64,000 nt of DNA, taken from positions 1,302,001-1,366,000 of the forward strand of contig OZ237738.1 in the NCBI GenBank assembly GCA_965178125.1. The letters run 5' to 3'. This stretch comes from Bilabrum cf. latius (taxonomy: Eukaryota). Below, in pieces: positions 38,355-53,690 of the stretch; positions within the stretch are counted from its first letter, which is position 1; each line of letters begins with the position of its first letter. Position numbers and translations under genes: made by a program. Under the pieces are notes generated by a model. The model did not search any database, was not told the origin of the DNA, and saw only the letters and a list, made by a program, of their open reading frames with translations.

Positions 38355-40328
38355 GCCAGGTGCAAAACCCCCGATACAGGTCTCGGCTGTCTTCCCATTG
38401 AGAGTTCCATCCGCCAGAGTGCCGCTGCATGAGATAGCTTGCTTCTTGGGAAGGGTCTTAGCCAAGACCGTAACCGTCTTCTTTGCCTGGGCGCCAGCAC
38501 CCCGGGATGTGCTTGTGGGCTTCTGGCTGGATGCTGCTGCGGCTGTGGTGGTGCTCGTGCTGGAAGCTGTCGTAGTCGCTTGAGCCGCGAGATGGTCCGG
38601 CCTGGCAGCGACACCAGAAAGTGCACTATCTGTACCAGCTACGGTTGTGGATGCAGGGACTACGGATGGGGTGCGGTCCCACTCGGCCCACGGCGTGCGG
38701 CAGTCAAACTTCTCCTCTGCATCCACATCGACGTCCTCGTCCTCATCCTCGTCCTCATCTCCTCGCACAACAGTCCCATCGTATGCAAGGCCGAAATTGA
38801 ACCCGAGACCACCCCTCTCATCTTCATCTTCATCTTCATCTTCATCTTCATCTTCCTCATCTTCATCGTCCTCCTCCTCATCCTGCTCACCCTCCCCCTC
38901 CCCGTCCTCGTCATCCTTTTCACCCTCCCCCTCCCCCTCCTCGTCATCCTTTTCTTCCTTTTCCTCACCCTCCTCCTCGTCTGCCCCCTCCTTATTCTTC
39001 CTTGTACCCCATGCACCCCTTGCGGCTGCGAGCAACGCCGCTGCACGTCCTGCACCCTCACCCTCACCTGCAGCGCCGGCCTCTGTACCATCGTCCACCG
39101 CCCCTGCTGATGCCACATCTCGACCTGTCAGTTTCCGTGCGGCCGGTACACTCGTCAGATCCGGTCTCAGCACGCAGTAGGCCACGCGCAGCATCCGGAC
39201 CCGGTGCCCTTTGCTGGTGCTGGCTTGCACGTGCACCGGGTTCGTCTTCATCTTGCGGTAGGCGCGCCGGACCTTCCCCATCCCACGCTTCGTCCTCGTC
39301 CTCGTCCTCGATCTGGAGGCGGTGCTGGAGCTGCGCTTTGAAGCTCTAGGCTCTTCATCGTCGTCATCTTCTTCTTCATCGTCGTGCTCCTTCCTCCTCT
39401 CCAGCTCGGCACGGCTGGCGGCGTGGCCCAGTGCATGCCCCCGGTAGAGCGGCCCGCTGCCTCCCATGCAGACCAACACGTGTTCCGCGGGACATTGAAG
39501 CTGTTCCGCGATGAACCCTTCCACGTTTCGCACCTTAGTGCCGGCGGGGACGGCTCCGAATGGCAGGCCTAGCGCGGTCTTCTCCGCAGGCACAAGGAGG
39601 TCGGCGAGCAGCTCCGTGCTTGCACCGAACGCCTTCAGGTCTTTTTTGTCCGCTGGGACCAGCTGCATTGGGGTCAACTTCGGCTGGATACTCATTGCAC
39701 TGTGCGTTTCGCCGGTCGCACCCGCCTAAGAGGCTCCCCCCGCCGAAACAGAAGCACCTGAGCAAGTGCTCCGGCCACCTGCCGGGTGCTCTGAATGGCC
39801 CTGGCCAGGCACCTCACCGGAAATTGCGCCTGTGATAGAACTGCCAAACACTAGTTTGATCATTTCAGACATTCGAGGATCATGTCTGCGAATGGATTGG
39901 GCGAAGCACGATGGGCATGTCCCACGGTGCGCAAAAGTCGAAGTCGGTGCAACTTTTCCGTGTCGCGATTAAAATGGCGATTCGATCAAACGTTTAGGAA
40001 TACATACTCACAAAAGATGGGAATCGATTGCCAACGGTATTTCTTGTGCTCCATGGCTGCACCCTGGACAGAAGATGGGCACTCCGGTTCTGAGTGACTG
40101 CTCTGCAAGGTCCGTTATGCACTGCCTGCAGAACCTGCAGCCGCAAAGATCCAATACAACGACATCTTTTGGCACCTTGTGGCAGGCTTTGCATTCGACT
40201 AAGTCCGCAATATCTGCCTATGATTGGGCAGATAGGGCAACCACGGAGTTCATGTCCAATATTGCTCTGATTCTGTCCACTACTTCCTACCTAAGCGAAT
40301 ACTCTTGCGCCTCAATCATTGAAACCAT
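38013..40328 (-). CDS. Second PCGF-like RING + RAWUL-like protein with long acidic tail (3 exons, 4 in-frame TAG)
   Basis: Exon 1, absent from the ORF track, encodes CKACHKVPKDVVVLDLCGCRFCRQCI...CPGC. Exon 2 encodes HDPRMSEMIKLVF. Exon 3 encodes MQLVP...TKVRNVEGFIAEQL...MLRVAY. TAG at 40287, 40218, 39726 and 38202. Ends in TGA. Confidence 0.65.
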
Positions 40329-40508
40329 AATTTGAATGCACTTAGGTTACTTTGAAAGCAACTGTCTCGCAGTAAAGTTGGCTGTCAGCTGCCGAGTTTG
40401 GAAATGCATGCGATGAGGCATTATCGTCGACAGTCGGCGATTCGATCGGAGCAGGCGCGGCTGGATCCTTCGGCATGGTGCATCTCCCGCGAATCACACG
40501 CAGTAGTC

Positions 40509-42805
<2,297 letters not shown>

Positions 42806-43086
42806 GCGAGCGCGAGAGCAGGTGCTCCTGGGCGAGCGCAGGCAAGGGCGTCACGGTGTGTATCTTGTTGCAACGAAATCTCATGCTGTACGTATCGCGC
42901 TTCTTGCTGCTAGCTCGTCTGGTAATCCATCGGTATTCTTTATCTCTGCGCCTGACAGCTCGGCCACTCGTACCAAGCGACGGCTTCGGCGGCTTCATCA
43001 AGTTGCCGTGACGAGTGGAGACTTCGGCCCCGACAAATGCCCCCAGCCATAACGCCTTGCGACACATTCAAGTACTCCGCTCGAGA

Positions 43087-44619
43087 ATGTCTTTCTTTGG
43101 AGTCACTGTGACACCGGAGAAGCCAGGATTCATCCGCACATGGCCTAGCTACTGCCTTACCATTCGGATGGCTTCGCTGGAGCAGCCCTCGCACGGGCCC
43201 TGCGTGCTCAGGATCGAGACAAAAAATCAGGATGGAGCCAGATTCGAGTTCACGGCTGCTCATCTAACTAGCAAGCAGCAAGTCTGCAGGTAAGCCCCAG
43301 TTGTACCGTGGTCACACAGTCCAATTTGAGCGGAGAACTTCCGTGCTACTTTGGAATTGCCGCTTGGGCTCGCACTCCTGCCACTCGCTAGTCCTGTTTT
43401 TTTGTTCGTTAGCAGGATTGATCATGTGTTCGGGCCAAACGAGCCCATCTAGCTGTCGGTGGTACCTACGTCCGACAAAGGATCTTCGTCCGCCAGCAAG
43501 TGCGCTGTCACGGTGACAGGCTTCTATGATATGGCCCAGGAAGCCTACAGAGCCACCATTGGACTAGATGATAGCGATGAAGACGAGGATGAAGACGAGG
43601 ATGAAGACGAGTACGACTTGGTAGCCGGTGAAGACGAAGAACTGGACAGTGATGAGGGCAGCGATTCCTCTGGGGCCAACATTGTCAAAGGCGTGGTCGA
43701 GTACGGGGCGCGGCCCAAGCGCAAATCAAGCCAGCGCGCTCGCAAGCGCATCCAGGCCAAGACCCTCGGCTCATCTGGCGCGGCCATGCTCGGGGATGAG
43801 GACGAGGACGAGGAGGACGACGGCGAGTTCGACGGGTCTGCCGCCATGGAGGCGGAGGATGATGACGATGATGATGATGATGATGATGATGATGACGATG
43901 ATGACGAAGAGGAGGAGGAAGACGATCGTGATCTCGAGGAGGAGGGCGCAGGGCCTGTGCAGGGGGGGGCGGTATCGGCAGAGGAGCGCTACAGGCGGTT
44001 GATCGAGGGGGACAGCGACGAGGAAGTCAGCCTGATGGAGTACGCAGGGGAGTTCAAGAAACTGCAGGGGCTTATGATGGGACTGCACTCGGCTGGGAAG
44101 CTGGGGACCGAGCAGGAGGAGGAGGAGGAGGACGACGATGACGATGAGGACAGTGAGGAGGCGAGCATCGGAGCAGGTGCTCCGACCCCCCCCTCCAAGG
44201 CGAGCAAGGGCGAGCAGCAGCACGGTTCGCAGAAAAAGCAAAAGGGCAAGGGAGTGGCTGGATCTGGGAACGAATCGCTCGGGAGCAAGCGCAAGAGGTC
44301 CATGTCCATCGACGAGGCCCCCCCAGGCATCCTCGGGGGCGGGCTGTCCAGCGCCAAAGGACCCTCAGCACCTGCGTGGGGGGAGGGTGACGGCAGCTCG
44401 GGTGCCGGTGCCCTGTGGGGAGATGAGACCAAGGCCGCGGATACAGAAGTCGGCAGTGCGGCCAAGAAGGCCAGGAAGGAGGGCGGGGCCGGGGGCGGGG
44501 GCCGCCGCGACTCCGTGTCGTCCGTGGGCAGCGAGGGCAAGGGCAAGGGCAAGGGGCGCAAGGGCAAGAAGAAGAACAAGAAGAAGAAGAACAGGAACTC
44601 GCTTGGAGGGGGGCTGTAA
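43087..44619 (+). CDS. Nucleoplasmin-like (NPL) domain acidic histone-chaperone/nucleolar protein
   Basis: MSFFGVTV...LTIRMASL...VTVTGFY beta-rich N-domain, followed by D/E tracts and a K-rich tail. Intron 43290-43415. In-frame TAG at 43450. Ends in TAA. Confidence 0.7.
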
Positions 44620-44827
44620 TCGATATGCTTTGAATCAAGCCTGGAATTACTCTCGCTCTTTTGCTGACGCCCTAGGTGGACAGCCGACATTGAAGGGCTA
44701 GGTGTGCTTAAAAGCGCACGCAACTTCTGCAAAAATCAAAATCGGGCCCAGTCCACAATTTCAAAGCGAGGCTGTGGCCAGTAGAAGCCTACTCTCTCGC
44801 TGATTCTAATTCGATAAACGGTATCAC

Positions 44828-47800
44828 ATGTCTACACCAGCTGAGAAAGGCGGAAGGCAGGCTAAGGCCACCGAGGACACCCTCGTCAGGCTATGTGAGT
44901 TCTGCCACAGATTTCAGATGGCCCGTATCAGCGCTTGATGACGATTCTTCGGGATCTAGACTACTTGCGTATTTTTTTGGTTATGTTTATTTGGTGACTG
45001 CAAAGGAAAGTGTAATTGTAGCCTTTTCAGGGGAACGGTGGTGGCCGCAGCGCTGGGACAACCAGAGAACGAGTTTTCTGATGCCTCTCGCGCCGGCCGC
45101 AAGGCATGCCTCGAGGGCATCCTCCCACAATACGTTGAATCATTTGCATTGATTGCACACTGATCCGCCAGAGACACATTCAATCGCTGCTGGTGCGCCC
45201 ATCGTTCCTCGATCGCAGGCTCCGAAGGATCTCGAGCCGGCGCCATCTCGACTGTGCTGGAATTCCTTCAGAACAGGAAGTAGCGCGGCGAGTACGACCA
45301 GAGGCATCTGTCTCTGTTCTGTGCGTTCTTGCGTCTCGTGGTCGCCGACCAGGACTCGGCCTCGTACGAAGCGGCCCTGAAGCAGTTCAAGAACCTCCAG
45401 CCGTACTGGAACCCCCACCAGCACCAGGGCCAGCAGCGCCCCCCGCGGACGGAGGAGCTGGTCAAGGCGGTAGAGAAAGCCACCCACTTCGCCCTCGACC
45501 TCGTGGAGGAGCACATCGCCGCCCGCAAGGCCGTCGCGGCCAACTCGGGGCCGGCCTCGGGTGCCGGTTCCGCTGCGCGCGGCGCCGCCGGCGGGCTCGC
45601 CGCCATGAGCCCCGAGGACGAGCTTGAGCTGCTGTGCTCCGTGGGCGAGGGCGCGGACTCTCTGGCCGATGCCGCGCTGGACGCCGGCTTCGAGGGCTTG
45701 TCGCTGCAGGAGCACCTGCTCCAGTCGGCCGGTCGCAAGGAGGCGGGTACGGCGGCAGAGGCTGCCACTCTCGAGTCCTGGAAGAAGCTAGGGGCGCAGC
45801 TGCTACTGCAGGGCCTGCGCGCCATCAGGGGAGACCCCGATTTCGAACCCGTGTACTACACTCTGGCTCGCCGGGGCCTGGCCTTTTGCGTGCGGCACGG
45901 GCTGCAGAGTGACGTGAGACTGGTGGGCTGGCAGCTCCGCACTGACGTGTTCGAGGACATCCCGCGCGTGGACAAGTCCAGGGGCGGATCGGTGCCCGCC
46001 ACCATGCTCAAAGAGCGCGTGGACACGGCCATGGCTCTCTTCAGGGCCCTCCTCGCGCTGGACCAGTTCGGTATGGCGAGGGACGTCTTGCTGCTGCTCA
46101 ACAAGCAGCTGCCCGAGGATGCCGTGGGTAGGCTCGGGGCGGACACCGTATCACGGTTCTTCGGTTGCGTCGCACGGCTCCTGGAGCTGTCCAACTACAG
46201 GCTGCTGCGGGCGTACGCCCTGTGGAGGCAGTACCGTCTGCAGGCAGCCGCGGTGAGCATTCGCAGATCCTCCGAGGGGGACGAGGTGGTGCTCGGGAGG
46301 GCCGCGCTGGCCCTGCGAAAGGAGGAAGACGCGGCGCTCCGCAAGCTGGCCACGCGTGCCATCCTCGCTGCGATCGCGGCTCCTCTGCATGGAGGCACGG
46401 CCGTCTCCGACAACGACGCCAACTACGCCCGGCTGCCCCAGGGGGCCGAGAGGAGCAGGCAGAGGGACGCGGCTCAACGGCTCTCCCTCGCGCAGCTGCT
46501 CCGTGTGGAGGGCGCGGCCTCTCGGCCCGCGCTCCTGCGGGAGGTCGTGGCCGGCGGTCTCCTGGCCGCCGCTGACCCCCGCGCGGCCGAGCTCTTTGTT
46601 CTCTCCGAGAGGTTCTTCGGCCCGCGGCAGCTGGGCGCGCGGGCCGCAGAGGCGCTCAAGGGCATCGAGAAGGAGGTGCTGCCCTCCGGGTCCGGGTCTG
46701 CTGGGCAGCAGGAGGGGGGCGAGGCGGTGCTGGAGGGGGGCGCCGGGGACGAGGACAGGCCGGAGCCCGCCGTGGGCCTGGTCCGGAGGCAGTTTGGGCT
46801 CCGGGTCATCACCCAGGCGGCCGCCACGTACTCTCGCGTCAGGGTGGCCCGCCTCGTGAGGATGACCCGGGCCCTGGGTCTCGGGGAACAGGACGTGCTG
46901 GACCTCATCGTGGGTGCCGTGCAGGCGGGATATCTCGCTGCCAGGATCCACGAGGCCAAGGGATTCGTGGCGTTCGTGGACGGAGGGGCGGAGGCCTCTG
47001 AGCTCGTGGGCGCAAACACGGGACTCGTGGTCGCCGCATCGAGGGCGGTGAGGGAGGCGGCGGCACGGCTGGGGACAGAGGCCGTGGGCGCGCGTGCGGC
47101 TGCCGGAGCCGGCCTGCCGTGCGTGGCGACCGAGGAGGGCCAGACGGTCGAGGCGCTGGCTGAGGGCGCGGGGCAGTCCGCCATGGAGGCGGCGGAGGGC
47201 GAGCGGCGGGACATCGACGCTGCGATGAAGAAGGAGTCCCAGGTCGGGAGGGTGAGGGAGAGGGTCCGGCAGCTGGACGCCGAGCAGAGGCGGCTGCAGC
47301 AGGCCACCAAGAAGGCGGAGCAGGAGGCGGCGCTCGCGCTCGGCAAGGTGCAGACCGCCGAGGAGCGGCTCAAGCGCCTCGAGTCCACGCACGCGAGGCT
47401 GCACCTCCTGGCCAAGGCCGTGCGATCCGCTCGCGCCCTCGAGTCCCTCAAGGACGTCATGCGGAAGGACAACGTGGATGCCGAGCCCAAGACGCACCCG
47501 GACGAGCCCGACATGATCGACCTGCTCAGGGACCTGGCCAGGTACACGGACACGACCCTGCCCCCCGCTGTGGGCGTGGTGGCCCGCGTGCCCGCGCTGT
47601 TCCCCGTGCTCACCCGCTACCTCGAGTACCAGCCGGGGTCGCTGTCCACGGTCAAGGGCTGCGAAGCGGCGCTCAAGGCCCTGGAGGTCAAGGTGAGGCA
47701 GGCCGACAGGGAGCTGCAGAGGATCCGGCACAAGCAGGCGCAGAGCCTGATGACGGACCTGGACTACTTCGTGAGGGCGGTGAGGGACGAGGAGAAGAAG

Positions 47801-49227
47801 TTCCTCGTGCAGGACGGGGCTCTCGAAGCGGCCGGGGGCACTCTGCCAGCGGAGCCCAAGGAGGGGCGGGAGAGGACGTGGCCGGCCGCCGTGGATGCCG
47901 CGGGCGAGCAGCACGTCAGGCAGCAGAACCAGCTGTACCAGCGCGCCACCAAGGCGGAGCAGGACCGCCTGATGAAGATCTACAAGGCCATCCCTGAGGA
48001 GAAGACCATGCGCCAGATGAGGGACGGCGTCCTCGAGGCGCAGCGCCAGCAGCAGAAAGAGAAATACGTGAGATATAGATCGGGCAAGATGGATGGATTG
48101 CCCCCGAGACCGACCGTTGTTGTGTGTGGCGTGTGCTTGCGCGCGCACGCGTGTGCTCCCGTTCAGTGCTGCCCGCTGCCCTGTCGTATTGCCTGCCTGC
48201 CTGCCCCTCCACGTATTGCCGACCCACCGTCTAGAGTCAAGCGGGCCGGTGGCGGCACTCACACGCCCCGGCCCGCTGCCGCGCACAGCGCGGCGCAAAC
48301 GGACGAAGACCGACGCCTCCGGGCATGCCGGTCGGCTGCAGGGTCCGCTTGCGCGCCGGCTCACGCTGGCAGCGCGCGGACGCTTGGCTGATCCGGACCC
48401 CGGTTGGCACGCAGAGGCCAGTCCGGCGGGCAGGGCCTGCTTTCCCAGCCCTGTCCCGTCCTTTTGCCTGGCATACATGCCTCCCGATCTGGGCGGGTGT
48501 TCCTTTTTGCGTTCCGTAGTGGGTTGATGCCGTGGTTTGGTGGTTTGGGTTGTCTAGCTGCTTGCATTGCTCTGTCACCCTTGCCCTGCCCTGCCCTGCC
48601 GCTGACTCCCCACCGATCACCCCTTCCCAACTCCGACTGCTTTTGCTCTTTCCACAGGAACTCAAGGCCCTCGAGGCTCGCGTGCAGTGGCTGCGCAACA
48701 TCAAGCTGCAGCAGCTGAGGGAGCGGAAGGAGAAGGCGGACGAGGCGGAGAGGCAGAGGCAGAAGGCGCGCGAGGACATCGTGTACGCAAGGCCGACGGG
48801 GCAGGGCGGCGTGGGTGGCACCAAGAAGGCCTACCAGGCCCCGTCCAGGGAACAAGCGGCTGCCGCGGCCCAGCAGGAGGACTCGGGGCCCTTCGGTGCG
48901 CTGGCGGGGCCCTCCAAGGCAGACATGGCCTCCAGCTGGGGGAGGTCGTCGGGGCCGTCACAGGCGGCCGGCGCCCCTGCCTCGGCAGCGGCGCCGTCAC
49001 CCTTCAGAGCCAGGCCCCCGGGGGGGGCAGGGGCTGGGGCAGGGCCAGGGCCTGCGGCTGCCGGGCGGTGGCAGCGCAGCGGGCCCCCAGCTGGGGCAGG
49101 GGCAGGCAGTGCTGCCAGCCCTGGAAAGTTCCAGCCCAGGACGGGCGGGGCCGGGGCCGGGGCCGGGGCTGGCGGCTACAAGCCGCCATCGTCGGGTGGC
49201 GGTGGTGGTGGGACCAAGTGGCGCTGA
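44828..49227 (+). CDS. Divergent translation initiation factor eIF3 subunit A; 5' exons approximate
   Basis: PCI-like YSRVRVARL...AVQAGYLAARIHEAKGFVAF, a coiled coil, LDYFVRAVRDEEKKFL and a G/P/R-rich tail. Intron ~48068-48657. In-frame TAG at 45281. Ends in TGA. Confidence 0.7.
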
Positions 49228-49770
49228 ATTGCGCGGGGTTTGCTGCCCCGCGGGTGACATGGCAGTGCAAAGTGCCGGGCTTTCTGGCACTCGGATGTCA
49301 GTCGCATAGAGGTGAGAAAGGCACGCTGCAGAGATGCCCGTCTGCGCGATTCGTTCCCTTCATCAATGCTCCCCTACACTCCGGCCGCGGCGGCACGTAT
49401 ACCCGACCGCCGCAGCCTTTTTTGGGGCGAGCTATACCAACTTTCCAGGCGCGCTGGGGCCCCCTTGCGTGCTCGCACGGCCACAGTGCCAGGCCTCTGA
49501 ACCTGGCACGGCCGTGGGGGCCGGGCTCCGGTGCGTACACGCCATAGTCCTGTATATGGATGCTTGCACGCTCGGCAAGTTTCTCTCTCTTGCTTTTTTG
49601 TGCTCGCAGACCGGTTTTGAGACTGTCTCTGGTTTTGCGTTCCACGTGTAACGTGCAGTTTGACTGGTTCCGGGATCCATTGCCACGCAGTGCACGCACA
49701 CGAGCTTTTGGGTTTGCTCAAGCATTTTACACACTCTAAATCAATTGCCAGCGACCAACTAAATATTAGT

Positions 49771-50397
49771 ATGGCTACGCGTAGCCTTGGACTGCGGTAT
49801 GCCAACTACGAATCTGGAGCAAGAGGAAAAGTGGATGTCGATGCGAAGCTAGACATGACAGTATTGGACCTCAAGAAGATCGCCCTTGACAAGTGGCCAG
49901 AGGGTAAGGCACTCAGTATCATGTCGCTTTCGTAGACTCCAGCAGGGACTTGCAATGGCAATGATAAACGCCAAGTGCACTGAGTCCCAAAGTCGATCCG
50001 GGATACACTCGAAGCACCGCTCTCTTCGCAGATCACAAGCCGGTCCCAGAGACCGTAAGCTAGGTACGATTATTCTTACATCCCAAAGATGACCTGAAGC
50101 AAGACGGGACAAAGCTATCAGGTGAGACAATGGGCGGGATGGAAGAGTGGCCCGTGCATCGAGCGGCCGCGCGCGCACCGTCAACACGCTGCGAGCGCTG
50201 CCCCTAGAGTCGCCCCATCTTTCCTCGCAGCTACTAGCCTGTCGCCTGATAGTGGTGTGCAGCTGCACACCCACGGCGACAAGGTGTGGATCCTGGTGAA
50301 CCTTGACGTGAACGCGGTCCCCGACAAGAAGGGAGGCACGATGGGGGCCGGGGGTGCTGCCGCGGGGGGCGACGCCGGGTGCTGTGTGATCAGCTGA
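49771..50397 (+). CDS. Membrane-anchored ubiquitin-fold protein (UBL3/MUB-like), 3 exons
   Basis: MTVLDLKKIALDKWPE, then PETVS*VRLFL (TAG at 50061). C-terminal CAAX motif GCCVIS followed by TGA. Confidence 0.75.
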
Positions 50398-50673
50398 AAG
50401 CATAGGGAGCCTCAATTTTGCAGCCCTTACCACGCTGATATGCCCACCCCCAGGGCCCGGCCCGGGCGCCTTTCAACATGAAAGGCAGCGAAGGTCACGA
50501 AGGGCGCGCCACCGCGATTGAGGAGGAGGCCGCTGGCCTTTAGGCTAGGCGTGGATGGAAAACCCGCGGACTGCCGCGGTTCTGTGCGCAGCTGTCAAGA
50601 TTGCATGCGATTGCGTGGTGTGCATCATCGATAGGTCGCTGATGGCCGGTCACCAACAAGGCGCACCTGTTGC

Positions 50674-50791
50674 GAGGCTCTCCTCGTTTGAGGCTCTCCT
50701 CGTTTGATGCTCTCCTCGTTTGATGCTCTCCTCGTTTGATGCTCTCCTCGTTTGATGCTCTCCTCGTTTGAGGCTCTCCTCGTTTGAGGCT
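50674..50791. repeat. Intergenic minisatellite, 16 bp x7
   Basis: GA(G/T)GCTCTCCTCGTTT repeated head to tail seven times plus a partial copy. No spacers. Confidence 0.95.
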
Positions 50792-51193
50792 AGGCCGGCC
50801 ATCCACTCGAGGGAGGATCAGAGGCTGGGGCCGAGCCGCGGCGTGTGTTTTTCTTCTTGTGTGCATGCAGCAGATGCACTGCATTGTCTGCGATCACTGC
50901 GGGGGAGGGCCGCCCTTGGCGGGCAGCCTGGTAGACTGGATCCGACGAGTGGGCATCTCGCTCGCTGGTGCCGGGCCGCTCGTGCGCCGGCCGGCTGGGT
51001 GAGCCCCAGCCTGGATATTATCCGGGGCAGTTGCGCGGAGAGGGCTTGATTGCCCTTGTTTTAAGCAAATCTTGTGAATTTTTAGTCAGCCTACGCACGG
51101 TAGTGCCCTAGGGGGCCAGGCGGTCGCAACCACTTTTATCGATCCCAACGGAAAGAAGAGAACGGCGCTCACACAGAATCTCGCGAGAAAAAG

Positions 51194-53037
51194 ATGGTCG
51201 TCTACAGGGGTAAGGTTCTTACCCGATGGATTAAATAAATAAATGGGTCTTAAAGACAATGATGGGGTGTACTACTTAAATTTAGGGTTGACATACGCGC
51301 ATATCATGCTACATTGCTAGGCGGGCCCAGGGCGACCGTTTAGGTTGTGCACTATGGATTGCCCGTGCTACTGCCTGCAACAGGGTGGAGTCGCTCCGCA
51401 CCGTCACCCATGCAATGTTTTATTAGTTAACTATCGTTTGGCGCCGTGCTACAGGTACGTGCATCCGAATTTGGCGAAATATTGGCACCCGCACTACCGT
51501 CGCTCGTCTTTGAACGCAGAGCTCATCATCACTGCTATCGCAAGCCTTGCGGACGCTACTGGGTCTTCTCAGCCTGCCATTGAGAAGTGGCTGATGATCA
51601 ACCAGGCAAAGACTAACTGGACGCGTGCTATGCTGCGAAGTGAGCCTCGATCCGACAAACGCAGCATCCGAACTTGAAGCCTCTGCTTGAAGGCGCGCAA
51701 GCCCTGGGACGCCGTGTTCGAGGGCCTCTAGTTTGAATTTTGCTTTATCATGCTGTGTCTGGTACCCGCTATTGTCGGCTTGATCGATTACGCTGCTTTT
51801 CTCGTCGAATAGGCCTCGATTGGGCTTATTAGGGCTATGCTTGGTGCTCGGTTGAATCGCGCGCGCGCCCCACATGCGAGATAAACGATGAGCATGGTAG
51901 CTAAGGGCGGATATAAGCTTGTCCGAGCGCGCCCCGCAATCATGATTGTACACTAGCAGCAATTTGTAGCGGTGCACTGCAGCATGTTGACGCAACAGAA
52001 TCCAGTGCATCACCTTCTCGCGACTATCGATCAAGCCCCCACTTCAATTCGCAGTGTCACTCAGGCGTGGAGTTGAGCAGGGCTGGATCGCGCCCCATCA
52101 CAACCACCCCAACTCTTTCAAGTTGACTGCTGATTCCAAGAAGGCCCTGTGAGGTCGAGTTGTGCCATGCAGAGCGCGCTCTGAGCTACTGCCGCCGCTG
52201 GCTGTATCTCTCGATCTGGCCATCGCGTCTCCCCTTTTAGAGTTCTCACTGTCTCGCAGCAAGGCCAAGGCAAAGAAGCCTGCTGCCAAGAAGTAAGGGT
52301 GTAGCTATGTGTCCTTCGCGCTCGTTTGTGATGGGCTGCAGGTGTCCCCCCCATCAGAGCACCTGCTCACTACACCTGCATCCCTCTCTGCCTATCTGTT
52401 GCCGTTCCTCTCATCTTGCAGGCCTGCCGCGAAGAAGTGAGGCGTTCACCCCAACCGTTCATTGTTGCCTGGGCTTGCCCGCAGCATTTCAGCATCGCCA
52501 TTTGAATCTTGCCGGTTGCTGGCCCTTCCTCGTTGCGCCGCAGGACCACCAAGAAGACAGCCGCCAAGAAGTCTACCAAGGCTAAGAAGCCCGCCGCCAA
52601 GTAAGTCGTTGTTGTAGCGCCCTCGTACTAGCATTCGCCAGCACGCAAACTGGTTTGTACCTGTTTGAATCTCGGCTGTTACGCATTGCAGGAAGGCCAC
52701 CAAGACTGCCGCCAAGAAGTAAGTACGGATTCGTTTTCTATCAATACCAAACAAATGATTGTATTTCATTGCCCATCTCGCGATTGCTCTGGGCGACTTG
52801 GCTGGAAATACAACAGTTGCACTTCTTGCTGATCGGTATGTATCACTCTTCGCTGTTCATAGGTCCGGTGCCAAGAAGGCCACCAAGGCTAAGAAGCCCG
52901 CCGCAAAGAAGGCCACCAAGGCTAAGAAGCCCGCCGCAAAGAAGGCTTCCAAGGCCAAGAAGCCCGCCGCTAAGAAGGCTTCCAAGGCCAAGAAGCCCGC
53001 CGCAAAGAAGGCCTCCAAGGCTGGCAAGAAGAAGTAA
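51194..53037 (+). CDS. Linker histone H1 (8 exons, including micro-exons)
   Basis: Globular domain YRELIITAIASLADATGSSQPAIEKW...LRRGVEQGWI...NSFKL, then KKPAAKK repeats. Ends in TAA. Confidence 0.88.
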
Positions 53038-53690
53038 GCTGATCAATCTGCTGTAAGTTCGAACAGATGACGTTCAACGGACGTTGGATCGGCTCCGTGT
53101 CATCGTTGCTCGCGGCCCCTGGCTGCGAGCTTCGACCTTGCTGGCACATCAAGCAGGCGGCTATTTCGCATGGCTTTTGGGCATCGCGTTAGGCATGTCA
53201 ATCAGCTTGCGATAACAGGTTGTGCGCGGTGATCATTGGGGAAGTGGCCCGTGGTGTCCGGTGGGGGGTCGAGTTGAATCGTATCTGTGCTTGTGTATCT
53301 TCTGCCAATCCAGAATCCGTGTGTCATTTTCTCACAATTTTTCTACACGTTAGCCATGCACGGATCGCGTGTCATTTAATCACAATTGTTAAGTTGCAAG
53401 CAATTTCAGGCGCGTCCAAGGACGACGGCACAACCCCCGCCCCACATCCCACCAAGGAGCGGCATCGGTTGTTTCTTGACACCCCAGTGTTGACCAGCCA
53501 CCCGAAGCCCAAAGCAGGGCTGCAGGCACGATTTGGCCGCATCGGTGCATGACCTCAGGGAGGTGGGGGGCCATCAGCCCCACACCCGAGCCAGCACAGG
53601 CATCCAGGGGGCTGTGACATCCCGCGCACGTCGTGCACGTCAGAGCCCCCGCAATCCCACACACCAAACACCAGCCCCTTTTCACACTCA

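Noticed and set aside
50674-50791. CRISPR array
   Set aside because: The repeats are contiguous with no unique spacers, and the context is eukaryotic.
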